The notes: generated by a model from the letters alone, not told the origin. A stretch of 64,000 nucleotides of DNA from Desulfuromonadales bacterium (GCA_033549025.1 JAWSUS010000009.1:34207-98206); one strand, 5' to 3'. Shown: positions 11,450-21,110, numbered from the stretch's first letter. Numbers and translations are program-made.

Positions 11450-12073
11450 CTACGGGGTCAGGGTCTGGCCAAGGTACTGGCTGACGCCTCCCATAATCAT
11501 CTGCACGGCGATGGTCGTCAGGATCATGCCCATCAGTCGCTCAATGGCAATAATCCCCCTTTTGCCCAGCCAGCGGTTGAGGTTGGTCGCCAGGGAAAGG
11601 ATGGTGCCGGTGATGAGCCAGGCTATGAAAATGGCCAGCAGCCATTCGGGCCAGCGGGCGCTGTCCCGGTTCATGATGAAGAGCACGGAGGCCAGGGCGG
11701 AAGGGCCGGCAATAAAAGGAATGGCCAGGGGAACGATAAAGGGTTCGCCATCGAGGGCGATAGGGACTTCGTAGAGCCCGCCGGGGGAGGGAAAAACCAT
11801 GCGGATGGCGATCATGAAGAGAATGATGCCGCCAGCCACCGTCAGCGTCGGATCCGAGATGTTGAGTACGCGCAGCAGAAATTTGCCGAGAAACAGAAAG
11901 AGCACCAGAACCAGCAGGGCGATGAGCAGCTCCCGGATGATGACCTTTTTTTGCCGCTCGGGGGGAACGTCCTTGAGTGCCGTCAGGAAGAGGGGGATGT
12001 TGCCGATGGGGTCCATGACAAAGAGGAGCAGCAGAGTGGCCGACAGAATCGTCACGGCGGATACCTCGTCCAA
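11450..12073 (-). CDS. MarC family membrane protein
   Basis: VMDPIGNIPLF, IVPLAIPFIAGP, ERLMGMIL; six hydrophobic segments; TTG start. Confidence 0.9.
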   Translation of the reverse strand: MDEVSAVTILSATLLLLFVMDPIGNIPLFLTALKDVPPERQKKVIIRELLIALLVLVLFLFLGKFLLRVLNISDPTLTVAGGIILFMIAIRMVFPSPGGLYEVPIALDGEPFIVPLAIPFIAGPSALASVLFIMNRDSARWPEWLLAIFIAWLITGTILSLATNLNRWLGKRGIIAIERLMGMILTTIAVQMIMGGVSQYLGQTLTP

Positions 12074-12120
12074 AGGGGCAGTGGATTTCTGATTGGAGAC
12101 CGAAGGTGTGGCAGGTGGTC

Positions 12121-12149
12121 AAGCTAGCATGAAAAAAAACGGGCGTCCA
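12121..12149 (-). promoter_or_regulatory. putative sigma-70 promoter upstream of marC
   Basis: Minus strand TGGACG-17 nt-TAGCTT with extended -10 TG. Confidence 0.4.
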
Positions 12150-12272
12150 GTCTGTTGCCCGGCGGCGTTCGGCCTTGGTCAGAAAAACGTCAAGAACAAT
12201 AAATATGAACATAAACAAAAGATGAACATCGTGGGTCAGGCAGTGCTGTGTTCGAGCGGTCAGGAGGATGTT

Positions 12273-12803
12273 TCAGCCAGCGCCGGGCAGCGCCAGGGCT
12301 TCGCCTATGGGGATGCGGTCGGCCGGTGCCTGCGGCCCGAAGAGCCGAGTGACAAAGTCGTGGTTGATCGCGGCCAGCAGCTGGTTCAGACGGTCGAGGT
12401 CGATGAGCGAATTGCCGGACAGGCTGTCGCAGCCGACAAAGTTGAGAGGGCAGAAATCGACGCGGTTTCCCTCGGGTTCGCGCAGGAGGATGGGCAGACC
12501 ATGAGTGCGGCAGATGATGGGGCGGTCATCATAGAGAAGGCAGCGTCCCCCTTCCAGCAGGGGACAGGATTCGGTATCGGCAGCTTCGCCTGCCCGTGCG
12601 CGCAGTCTTTCCCGAATCGGCTCCGGCTGGGTGGCGACGGCCCTGGCCAGGGCATAGGCCTCCACCGGAAAGAGGGTGAGAGCCTGGCAGCAGCGGTCGC
12701 AGCCGGCCCGGCAGGAGATGGCGTCGGAGTGGGCGCTTTCGATCTGGTGGCAGAGGGCGTCGACCTTGTCGCGCAGTTGCAGATAGGTGTCCAGTGAAGC
12801 CAT
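12273..12803 (-). CDS. YkgJ family cysteine-cluster protein
   Basis: CRAGCDRCC, CPLLEGGRCLLYDDRPIICRTHG, DFCPLNF. Confidence 0.85.
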   Translation of the reverse strand: MASLDTYLQLRDKVDALCHQIESAHSDAISCRAGCDRCCQALTLFPVEAYALARAVATQPEPIRERLRARAGEAADTESCPLLEGGRCLLYDDRPIICRTHGLPILLREPEGNRVDFCPLNFVGCDSLSGNSLIDLDRLNQLLAAINHDFVTRLFGPQAPADRIPIGEALALPGAG

Positions 12804-12836
12804 GGCAGTGATCCTTGAGGGCGGTGGAGCTGGCGG

Positions 12837-13460
12837 TCAGGGGGGAGACGTTGGCGAGGCGCCGATGCGCGGGGCCAGATCCGGGTGGTGGTCGAGCAGG
12901 CGTTTGAGCAGCTGTTTGACCATGCGAAAGGTCAGACCCCAGAGCACGGGACGGCCTTCCCCCAGCAGGTCGATGGAGGGCACGGCCCGGTTGCGCTCGT
13001 TCCAGCGGATGCTGGTCTGCAGGTGGCGCTGCGGGTTGATCAGTTCGGCGACAGAAAACCAGAAAACTTCCCTGACCTCGTGGTTGAGGGTGAAAGGGCC
13101 GGCGTGGGGGAGGTGGTAAACGAAGCAGGCGACCTGTACGGGGAGAACCGCACCGGTGACATCGTCCAGGCGGCCGAGATATTCCGCCTCTGACAGGTCG
13201 AGGCCGATCTCTTCCCGCGTCTCCCGCTCGGCGGCGTGGCGCAGGTCGGGGTCGCCAGGATCAAGGCGGCCGCCGGGAAAAGCAATATTGCCTGACCAGG
13301 GGTCGCGCTCATGCCGGGCCCGTTCGATGAAGAGAATTTTGAGCCCCTCCCGGCTCTGCCAGAGAATGAGGGCGACGGCGGCCTGGGTTTTTTGGCCGGC
13401 GGCGCAGAGCTTCGGCTCATAGGGAGCCAGCGCGTCGCGGATGTGATCGATGGAAATCAT
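12837..13460 (-). CDS. Nudix hydrolase, CoA pyrophosphatase (NudL-like)
   Basis: WSGNIAFPGG preceding Nudix box G...AAERETREEIGL; LWGLT. Confidence 0.85.
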   Translation of the reverse strand: MISIDHIRDALAPYEPKLCAAGQKTQAAVALILWQSREGLKILFIERARHERDPWSGNIAFPGGRLDPGDPDLRHAAERETREEIGLDLSEAEYLGRLDDVTGAVLPVQVACFVYHLPHAGPFTLNHEVREVFWFSVAELINPQRHLQTSIRWNERNRAVPSIDLLGEGRPVLWGLTFRMVKQLLKRLLDHHPDLAPRIGASPTSPP

Positions 13461-13547
13461 GACGAAAGGAACCTTTGTGATTTTCTCCTAGTGTAACGGC
13501 AGAGAGGGGGCGCGGTCCAGTCTCCTGTGCATCCGGCTGGAAAAGAT

Positions 13548-14525
13548 TCAGGCCTGCGCGCACTGGCGGGCGCACAGCTTCTGCCGATCGTTAAGTTCTT
13601 CCAGGTAGCGCTGGGCCTGCAGGGCGGCCATGGCTCCGGTGCCGGCGGCGGTGATGGCCTGCCGGAAGTGGGGATCCTGCACATCGCCGGCAGCGAAGAC
13701 GCCGGGAATGTTGGTCTCGGTGAAGTTGCGCGTAACGAGAAAGCCCTCCTTGTCCATGTCGAGTTGACCTTTGAAGAGCTCGGTGTTGGGGTGGTGGCCG
13801 ATAGCGATAAAGAGGCCGTCACAGGCCAGGTCGTCTTCACGGCCGTTTTCAAGGTTGCGGATGCGCACACCGGTCACGCCTTCGGTTTTATCTCCTAGGA
13901 TGGCAGCAATTTCCGAGTTCCAACGGAAGTTGATCTTCTCGTTGTCCCGGGCGCGCCGTTGTAGAGGCGGCGAAGCCCGCAGGCTGTCGCGGCGGTGCAC
14001 TACGGTGACCTGGCGGGCGAAGCGGGTGAGAAAGGAGGCCTCCTCCATGGCGGTATCGCCGCCGCCGACGATAACGACCTCCTTGTCGCGGTAGAAAAAA
14101 CCGTCGCAGGTGGCGCAGACGGAGACGCCGCGCCCGTAGAGATCCCATTCGTTGGGCAGCCCCAGCATCCTGGGGGAGGCGCCCGTGGCGATGATGAGGG
14201 AGCGACAGCTGAGCAGATCTTCACCGAGCCACAGGCGGAAAGGGCAGCAGCCCACCTCTACCCGGGTCACCTGCCCCTGGAGAAACTCGGCGCCGAACCG
14301 CTGCGCCTGAGCTTCAAAGCGCTGCATCAGCTCATTGCCGTCGATCCCCTCCGGAAAGCCGGGGAAGTTCTCGATGGTGGTCGTGGTGGTGAGCTGGCCC
14401 CCGGGCTGCTGTCCGTAAATCAGCAGCGGCTTGAGATTGGCGCGGGCGGCATAGGTGGCGGCGGTCAGGCCGGCCGGGCCGGAACCCAGGATGATGACGT
14501 CGCGAATATCAGGGGATGCGGTCAT
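13548..14525 (-). CDS. trxB: thioredoxin-disulfide reductase
   Basis: GSGPAG, GGQL, CATCDG active site, GGGDTAMEEA, HRRD, GDV..FRQAITAAGTG; start moved to MTASPD (14525). Confidence 0.93.
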   Translation of the reverse strand: MTASPDIRDVIILGSGPAGLTAATYAARANLKPLLIYGQQPGGQLTTTTTIENFPGFPEGIDGNELMQRFEAQAQRFGAEFLQGQVTRVEVGCCPFRLWLGEDLLSCRSLIIATGASPRMLGLPNEWDLYGRGVSVCATCDGFFYRDKEVVIVGGGDTAMEEASFLTRFARQVTVVHRRDSLRASPPLQRRARDNEKINFRWNSEIAAILGDKTEGVTGVRIRNLENGREDDLACDGLFIAIGHHPNTELFKGQLDMDKEGFLVTRNFTETNIPGVFAAGDVQDPHFRQAITAAGTGAMAALQAQRYLEELNDRQKLCARQCAQA

Positions 14526-15390
14526 GCAGCGACTCCTCGAACTGTTCTTCAGCGTGAAAGGACGAGCGCACCAAAGGGCCGGCTTCAACATGGGTAAAGC
14601 CGAGCGAGCCGGCGGTGTCCTTCCAGGCGGCGAATTCCGCCGGCGGCACATAACGCCGCACGGGGTGATGGTCTCGACTCGGCGCCAGGTACTGGCCGAT
14701 GGTCAGCAGACTGACACCGCAGTCGCGCAGATCGTGCAGCACGGCGGCGACTTCTGTCTCCTCTTCACCCAGGCCAAGCATGATGCCCGTTTTGCTGGGA
14801 ATGTGAGGAGCCTTCTCGGTAACTTGGCGCAAAATCTCCAGGGAACGACTATAGGAGGCGCCTTGTCGGACTTCGGGATAGAAGCGTGGCACCGTTTCAA
14901 TGTTGTGGCCGAGGATGTCCGGCCCGGCGGCCAGAATGGTGTGCAGGGCGGCCCGATTGCCGCCCAAATCCGGGATCAGCAGTTCGACGCGGCAGCCGGG
15001 CGCCAGGGCGCGAAAGGCCGCAACCAGCGCGGCAAAGTGCGCGGCGCCGCCATCGGCCAGGTCGTCCCGGGTGACGGAGGTGACCACGGCATGTTTCAGA
15101 CCGAGTTCGGCGGCGGCCGCAGCCACCTTGGCCGGCTCTTCGGCATCGACGGGCAGGGGGCGGCCGCCGGCGACATTGCAGAAGGTGCAGCTTCGCGTGC
15201 AGCGATCGCCCAGAATCATGAAAGTGGCGACGCCGCGGCTCCAGCACTCGCCCTGATTGGGGCAGGCGGCGCTGCGGCAGACGGAGTGAAGCCCCTGCTG
15301 CCGGTGGTAGCGGTCGATACGGGCGTACTGCGGCCCGGCCGGGAAACGGACCTTGAGCCAGTCCGGTTTGCGTTCAGGTCGTTGCTTCAT
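14509..15390 (-). CDS. lipA: lipoyl synthase
   Basis: KPDWLK, CX4CX5C (CRSAACPNQGEC), radical SAM CTRSCTFC, VRSSF; start moved to 15390. Confidence 0.95.
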   Translation of the reverse strand: MKQRPERKPDWLKVRFPAGPQYARIDRYHRQQGLHSVCRSAACPNQGECWSRGVATFMILGDRCTRSCTFCNVAGGRPLPVDAEEPAKVAAAAAELGLKHAVVTSVTRDDLADGGAAHFAALVAAFRALAPGCRVELLIPDLGGNRAALHTILAAGPDILGHNIETVPRFYPEVRQGASYSRSLEILRQVTEKAPHIPSKTGIMLGLGEEETEVAAVLHDLRDCGVSLLTIGQYLAPSRDHHPVRRYVPPAEFAAWKDTAGSLGFTHVEAGPLVRSSFHAEEQFEESLHDRIP

Positions 15391-16036
15391 AGGCTCCTGT
15401 GTGCGTGCTGCTAAAGACGCTGGCAAAGGACGAGATGAGCTGCTCCTCGACCTCGGTCAACGTGATTCTATGGCCAAGCAGTTCCTCCATGGAGGTCATG
15501 GCCACTCCCGTCAGCCCACAGGGGACGATGTGGGCGAACCCGGCGGTCTGGTCGCTGACATTGAGGGCGAAGCCGTGCCAGGTCACCCACTGGCGAACGC
15601 CGACGCCGATGGAGGCGATTTTCTTTTCGCCGACCCAGACCCCCGTCTTCCCCTCCAGGCGCCGGCCGGCGATGCGGAAGGACGCCAGGGTGCCGATGAG
15701 CACCTCTTCAAGATGTCGCAGATAGAGGTGCAGATCCCGGTTGAGGGGCTGCAGATCGACGATAGGATAACCGATGACCTGACCCGGGCCGTGGTAGGTG
15801 ACGTCGCCGCCGCGTCCGGTATGAATCACCTCCAGGCCCATGCGTTCAAGTTCGGCGCGGACAGTCAGCAGGTGAGCGTCCTGGCCGCGCCGACCCAGCG
15901 TGATGACCGGCGGATGTTCGAGCAGCAGCAGGATATCCTCCCGCCCCTCTCGACGGGCGAGCAGGAGCTGCTCTTGAATAGCAAGGCCCTGGCGGTAGCT
16001 GACCCGCCCGGGCCTCAGGGTACAGAATCGTCTCAT
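15374..16036 (-). CDS. lipB: lipoyl(octanoyl) transferase
   Basis: LEHPPVITLG, RGGDVTYHGPGQ, KIASIG, HGFALNV, IVPCGL. Confidence 0.95.
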   Translation of the reverse strand: MRRFCTLRPGRVSYRQGLAIQEQLLLARREGREDILLLLEHPPVITLGRRGQDAHLLTVRAELERMGLEVIHTGRGGDVTYHGPGQVIGYPIVDLQPLNRDLHLYLRHLEEVLIGTLASFRIAGRRLEGKTGVWVGEKKIASIGVGVRQWVTWHGFALNVSDQTAGFAHIVPCGLTGVAMTSMEELLGHRITLTEVEEQLISSFASVFSSTHTGAYEATT

Positions 16037-16063
16037 CAAGAAAGACGCGGAGCGATAAGGGTT

Positions 16064-16222
16064 TCAGGCTTTCTCAAAGCTGGCTTTGCCGGCCCCGCAA
16101 TCGGGACAGACCCAGTCGTCGGGCAAATCGGCGAATGAAGTGCCGGCGCTTATTCCCGCTTCCGGGTCGCCCAGAGCGGGATCATAGACGTAGCCGCAGA
16201 TGGTGCAGATGTATTTATCCAT
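16064..16222 (-). CDS. rubredoxin (not in ORF track)
   Basis: Manual translation [52 protein letters not shown] (52 aa) with two CxxC knuckles; GGAG upstream. Confidence 0.95.
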   Translation of the reverse strand: MDKYICTICGYVYDPALGDPEAGISAGTSFADLPDDWVCPDCGAGKASFEKA

Positions 16223-16246
16223 AGAAAAGACTCTCCGCTGAGGTGG

Positions 16247-16405
16247 TCACATTTTTTCAAATTCGGACTTGTCGGCGCCGCACAGGGGGCAGACCCAATC
16301 CTCCGGCAGTTCTTCAAAAGGGGTACCCGGCTCGACGCCGTTTTCCGGATCGCCGGCGGCGGGATCATAGATGTAATCACAGATGAGGCAACGGTATTTG
16401 TCCAT
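16247..16405 (-). CDS. rubredoxin
   Basis: [15 protein letters not shown]...[13 protein letters not shown] (52 aa); GGAGG RBS; start moved to 16405. Confidence 0.95.
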   Translation of the reverse strand: MDKYRCLICDYIYDPAAGDPENGVEPGTPFEELPEDWVCPLCGADKSEFEKM

Positions 16406-16464
16406 AATGCAGTCCTCCGAGACAAAGGCTTTGGTTGACAACCCGGGCGAAAGAAACTCATTTC

Positions 16465-16492
16465 ATTCTAGACGAAATCCCTGTCTTGACAA
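16465..16492 (-). promoter_or_regulatory. putative sigma-70 promoter of rubredoxin-lipB-lipA-trxB unit
   Basis: Minus strand TTGTCA-16 nt-TAGAAT, immediately downstream of the gltB stop. Confidence 0.5.
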
Positions 16493-16497
16493 GGGGG

Positions 16498-19400
16498 CTA
16501 TTCCGTCATGGTGGCCGGGCGCACCGGTGTACCCTCCGGCACGATCTTGACGAAGCGGGTGCGGCAGTGGGAAACAACGCGGCTGACCCAGTCGGCCTCC
16601 TCCATCTGGTCCGAGTGGAGCAGTTCGCGGTGATACTGCATGAGCAGTTCGTTGATGTTGTTGACGTCCTCTTCTTCGAGGCTGCGAATTTCCACGCCGG
16701 AGCCCTGGGCCAGCCGCCGCCGCAGCGCCTCGCGGGTCATGCCCATTTCGGCGTCGAGATGGCAGTAGACGACGCCGCCGGTCATACCCGAACAGATCCA
16801 GGGGCCGGGGTCGCCGAGCACGACGACGCGGCCGGCTGTCATGTATTCGAAGGCGAATCCCTTGAGGTTGGCCCGGCCGGCGATATTGTCGGCACTGTCC
16901 GCGAGGGGGCGGCGGATGCGGCCGCCGAGAACCACATCGGCCCCCGACAGGCGGATGCAGGCCCGGCTGTCGGCGTCCCCCTGGATGAGGAACGTACCGC
17001 CAAGGGCGCCGTAAGCCAGTCCTTTGCCGACGGAGCCGCCGACGCGGAGTCCGTTGCGGTTTTCCCCTTTCAGGATGACGATTTTGCCGCCGCGGGCCGA
17101 TTTGCCCAGACCGTCCTGGGCGCCTCCCTCGACCCGGTAGTTGATGCGCGGGATGTTGAAAGCGGCCAACCCGTTGCCGGGGATGGAATCCCGGCGGAAG
17201 TGCAGAAGAACTTCCTTTTCAGGGCCGTAGCGGTCGTCGGCCGTCCCTCGGGTCATGGCGCCAGCCAGGTAGGTGCCCAGGGCCCGGTCCGAACTGCTGG
17301 CGCTGTCGTCGTTGTAGCGTACCCGATTTTCGCCCTCGTCGAACGCCTTGGTGACCAGGGAGGCGATGAGAGAGGTCAAGTAGTTGAGAGGCTTGCGGAT
17401 GATGCGCACCTTGTTGAGCACATCCGGGGTGGGATCGGTGGGGTTCGGCGCCAGCAGCGCGTCGAGGTCGAGCCGGTCCTGCCCCCGGTTCTGTGCCAAC
17501 AGCTCGGCCCGGCCGACCAGATCCTGCGTGCGGCGGAAGCCGAGCTTGGCGGTAATGGTCTTGATCTCCTGTCCGAGGGCACGGAAGAACGTCGTTTCGT
17601 AGATGATGCCGTTTTCCAGAACACGGGGAACAAAACGTTTGAGTCCTCGCTGTTCGGCTTCCGCGGCGGTCTCGATCTGGGTGGCGATGCCGACATGGCA
17701 GGTGTCGAGATGGCAGCCCCGGCAGGTGGTGCAGCCGATGACCACCATGGCCAGGGTGCCGAAGCCCACCCGGTTGGCTCCCAGGAGCATGAGCTTGACC
17801 ACGTCGCGTCCGGTGCGGGCGCCGCCGTCTACCCAGATTTCCAGGCGGTCTCGCATGCCGGCGCTCACCAGGGCCCGATGGGCTTCGCGGACACCGATCT
17901 CCGCCGGCAGGCCGACGAACTTGATGGCGTGCTTGCGGGCCGCGCCGGTGCCGCCGCTGTAGCCGCTGACGGTGAGGATATCGGCGCCGGCTTTGGCGAC
18001 GCCCATGGCGATGGTTCCGATACCGGCCACGGCGGGGACCTTGACCGAAATGCGGGCCCGCGGATTGGCGGTACGCAGTTCTTCGATGATCTGGGCCAGA
18101 TCTTCGATGGAATAGATATCGTGATTGTTAGAGGGCGAAATCAGGGCCACTCCAGGCGTGGCGTTGCGGGCAGCGGCGATTTTGGCCGTGACCTTGAAAC
18201 CGGGCAGATGGCCGCCTTCGCCGGGCTTGGCCCCCTGTCCCACCTTGATTTCGAGAAAGTCGGCGGAATTGAGCAGGTCCATGTGCACGCCGAAACGGCC
18301 CGAGGCGATCTGCTGGCCGCGATTGGCGCGGTAGCGCCCCAGCATGTCGGCGATTTCGCCACCTTCGCCATTCATGCAGATGATGTTGAGACGCTTGGCG
18401 GCTTCGGCGTAGATGCGGAAAGGGATCTCCCCCTGAGAACCGAAACTCATGGCGGAGATGAGGATAGGCAGATCATGGTTGCCGACGGTCGCGTCGACCT
18501 CTTCGGGGTCGACGGTCAGTTCCGGCGTAAAGCGAAAATCGACGAGATGGCGGATGGCCAGCGGATTTTCCGTTTCCAGTTGCCGGATGAGTCGGGAGAG
18601 GTCGGCATAGCTCTCTTCCATCTTGGCGACGGCGCCGACCATCTTCCAGATGCGCGGATAGATACGAAACTGGGCGGGCACGGGCTGTTTTTTCCGGCTG
18701 CGGGCGACCGTGCCGCGCTGACGGTTGTCCTCTTCGAGCCTGGCCAGGGTCAGGCCGCCGCGAGCGGTACCACAAAAATCGGGGGTCTCGAAAATGGCGG
18801 CGATCTCCGGTGACAGGCCGATTGAGGCGAAATATTTCCCGTACCCGCCAATCTCGTGAGTGCCCATGGTGGAAATGACTTTTTCCAGCCCTTTGCTCAA
18901 AACGTCCAGCAGGTGGCCGAGGCCTTTTTCCTCCTGGGCGGCGATTTCCCACATGAGGTAGGGACAGAGGGCGTCGGCTCCCATCCCTAAAGCCAGGATG
19001 AGGTCGTGCAGGTTGCGCAGGGCGCCGGAGCGCAGCACCAGGGAGACCTGGCTGCGCAGGGAGACCCCGCCGCGGCTGCGGGTTTCCTTCAGGGCCTTGT
19101 GCAGGCTGGCAATAACGAGGTAGGGATCGAGGAAACTCCGGGTGGGGGAAAAAACCAGGGAGTCGTCGATGAGCAGCAGCAGTTTGCCGCCCTTGGCGGC
19201 GGCCAGGGCTTCCTGCGCCAGCCTCTCCAGGGCTTGCTCGACCGTCTCACCGCGACGCAGACTGCAGGAGAGGACCCGATAGCGGGGACGCGGACCGCTG
19301 AAATGATGCAGCAACGACTCCAGGGTGCAGGTGCCATGAGCTTTGGCCACGTCTTCGTCAGCAGCGGTCGGCGCCTGCCGGCCACCCCCCGTCAACAGGG

Positions 19401-21036
19401 GCGAGTCCAGTTCGACCGCCGGCTGTTTGCGGCCTCCCAGGCGGGGACGCGGGCCGAGGTAGACCCGGGTGGAGAAGTGCTCCGATTCGCGCTCCCGGTC
19501 AATGGCCGGATTGGTGACCACGGCCACCTGCTCCTTGAAATAGTCGGAGAGATTCTGACGGCCGCTGGCCAGGGCCGCCAGGGGTCCGTCATAGCCGAGG
19601 GAGGCGATGGGATCCTGACCGTTGCGGGCCATGTCCTCCAGGTTGCGCAGGTCGCTCTTCTTCCAGGCGAGCGCCGTGAGCAGGTTCTCCTGCACGAAGG
19701 AGCGACTGCGGGCGAAAGAGGCTGCCTCTTTCACCGGTGCGGGCTTAAGATCCAGGGCTCGGGTCAGCAGCTGCCCATGCTCCTGCAGCCGGGTTCTGCG
19801 GCTGAACAGCCGGTGGACCTCCTGCCGCAGGGCGTCGTGTTCCAGCAGTTCGACCTGTTGCCCGCCTTTGACCCGGAGGGCGACTTTTTCACCGGGAGCG
19901 AGCACTTTGGGGTCTGAGAGAATCTCCTCCTGCGGCACCACGCCCACTTCGGAAGAGACGAAGTATTCCTTCTCGGTCTCGCCCACCCACAGGGGGCGCA
20001 AGCCCATGGCGTCGACGCTGAAAACGCAGCTGTCCTGATGACGGGCGATGATGGCGGCGGGTCCCTGGGCGCTGGCGGTGAGGAGGCGCCGAAAGACGCG
20101 ATACATGTCCTGCAGGGGCGCAGGAAGCGTCTCCATGATGCTGAAGATCGGCGGAAAGACCATCTCCATGGCCTCGGCCAGGGTCAGACCGACCTGGTGA
20201 ATGAGGCCTTCGAGGAGACGGTTGAGATCCTGGGAGTCGCTGCCTCCCGGCGGCAGGGGAATGCCGAGGATGGCGGCCTCTTCGCGCAGGCGGGCGATGG
20301 TGTTGATCTCGCCGTTGTGGCCGAGCAGACTGAAAGGCTGGGCCCGCAGTACCGTCGGCAGGGTGTTGGTGGAAAAACGGCTGTGTCCGATGGTGACCGC
20401 TGACAGAAAATCGCGGCGCTTGAGTTCCGGGTAGTAGCGCGACAGGATTTCCGGGGCGCCGTGCACCTTGTAGGAAGCGACCTGGGTGGAGAGAGAGGCG
20501 ACATGGACCGGAAAGCGCGCCTCGATGTCGGCGTGCAGCCGGTAGAGGACCGCCGGCGCTTTGTTGGGCTGAGGCAGCAGCAGCGCCACCTGCCAGAAGC
20601 GGGGTTCGGTGCGCCGCGCCATGGCCGAGAGCAGCTCGTTGCGCACCGGCCCAGGCCGCTCGACCAGGATCTGGGCCCCGGCGTCGCGAAAGAGGGACAG
20701 AATTTTTTCCTGCAATTCGGGATCGTCGGCGAGAGCCTCTTTGGGCAGGAGGAAGTGGCCGATGGCGAACCCCTTCGTGTCGACGAGGTCGCCGTTGTGG
20801 CCTGCCCCCTCCAGAATATCGCGCCAGAGACGTCGCGGCAGGTCGGTCAGGATGCCGCAGCCGTCCCCTTCGCCGCTGATCTCGCCGGCCCGGTGTCCCA
20901 TCTTGATAAGCGCCTCGATGGTTCGCTGCACGTTGCCATGGGTCGGATGCCCGGCCTTGTTGATGTAGGAAATGATGGCGCAGGCGTCCCTTTCGGGGGG
21001 CATCAGGCCGGAAGGATCATGGCTGGCGTTTATCAT
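16498..21036 (-). CDS. gltB: glutamate synthase large subunit (GATase + central + FMN + GXGXG domains)
   Basis: ERDAC propeptide/Cys1, HSRFSTNT, HNGEINT, MSFGS, QIASGRFGV, KVGQGAKPGEGGHLPG, FEYMTAG; start moved to MINASH (21036, GGGAG RBS). Confidence 0.92.
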   Translation of the reverse strand: MINASHDPSGLMPPERDACAIISYINKAGHPTHGNVQRTIEALIKMGHRAGEISGEGDGCGILTDLPRRLWRDILEGAGHNGDLVDTKGFAIGHFLLPKEALADDPELQEKILSLFRDAGAQILVERPGPVRNELLSAMARRTEPRFWQVALLLPQPNKAPAVLYRLHADIEARFPVHVASLSTQVASYKVHGAPEILSRYYPELKRRDFLSAVTIGHSRFSTNTLPTVLRAQPFSLLGHNGEINTIARLREEAAILGIPLPPGGSDSQDLNRLLEGLIHQVGLTLAEAMEMVFPPIFSIMETLPAPLQDMYRVFRRLLTASAQGPAAIIARHQDSCVFSVDAMGLRPLWVGETEKEYFVSSEVGVVPQEEILSDPKVLAPGEKVALRVKGGQQVELLEHDALRQEVHRLFSRRTRLQEHGQLLTRALDLKPAPVKEAASFARSRSFVQENLLTALAWKKSDLRNLEDMARNGQDPIASLGYDGPLAALASGRQNLSDYFKEQVAVVTNPAIDRERESEHFSTRVYLGPRPRLGGRKQPAVELDSPLLTGGGRQAPTAADEDVAKAHGTCTLESLLHHFSGPRPRYRVLSCSLRRGETVEQALERLAQEALAAAKGGKLLLLIDDSLVFSPTRSFLDPYLVIASLHKALKETRSRGGVSLRSQVSLVLRSGALRNLHDLILALGMGADALCPYLMWEIAAQEEKGLGHLLDVLSKGLEKVISTMGTHEIGGYGKYFASIGLSPEIAAIFETPDFCGTARGGLTLARLEEDNRQRGTVARSRKKQPVPAQFRIYPRIWKMVGAVAKMEESYADLSRLIRQLETENPLAIRHLVDFRFTPELTVDPEEVDATVGNHDLPILISAMSFGSQGEIPFRIYAEAAKRLNIICMNGEGGEIADMLGRYRANRGQQIASGRFGVHMDLLNSADFLEIKVGQGAKPGEGGHLPGFKVTAKIAAARNATPGVALISPSNNHDIYSIEDLAQIIEELRTANPRARISVKVPAVAGIGTIAMGVAKAGADILTVSGYSGGTGAARKHAIKFVGLPAEIGVREAHRALVSAGMRDRLEIWVDGGARTGRDVVKLMLLGANRVGFGTLAMVVIGCTTCRGCHLDTCHVGIATQIETAAEAEQRGLKRFVPRVLENGIIYETTFFRALGQEIKTITAKLGFRRTQDLVGRAELLAQNRGQDRLDLDALLAPNPTDPTPDVLNKVRIIRKPLNYLTSLIASLVTKAFDEGENRVRYNDDSASSSDRALGTYLAGAMTRGTADDRYGPEKEVLLHFRRDSIPGNGLAAFNIPRINYRVEGGAQDGLGKSARGGKIVILKGENRNGLRVGGSVGKGLAYGALGGTFLIQGDADSRACIRLSGADVVLGGRIRRPLADSADNIAGRANLKGFAFEYMTAGRVVVLGDPGPWICSGMTGGVVYCHLDAEMGMTREALRRRLAQGSGVEIRSLEEEDVNNINELLMQYHRELLHSDQMEEADWVSRVVSHCRTRFVKIVPEGTPVRPATMTE

Positions 21037-21079
21037 GGGGACTCCCTTCAACACGGTCGCCCGGTCAGGCAGGCAGCCG

Positions 21080-21110
21080 AAAAAAAAGGCGGGCACCGCC
21101 GGTGCCCGCC
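21080..21110 (-). terminator. intrinsic terminator between elbB and gltB
   Basis: Perfect 10-bp stem GGCGGGCACC / GGTGCCCGCC followed on the minus strand by T8. Confidence 0.8.

Noticed and set aside
13480..13550. Selenocysteine read-through of the trxB TGA stop
   Set aside because: TGA is the commonest stop in this window, the downstream frame has no recognisable motif, and I see no convincing SECIS hairpin
16435..18813. 792-aa plus-strand ORF
   Set aside because: Antisense shadow of gltB caused by GC-rich codon bias; no motifs
16064..21036. Rubredoxins as the electron donor for the adjacent GltB
   Set aside because: Rubredoxin potentials (near 0 mV) are generally too positive for reductive glutamate synthesis, and a separate promoter lies between gltB and the rubredoxins
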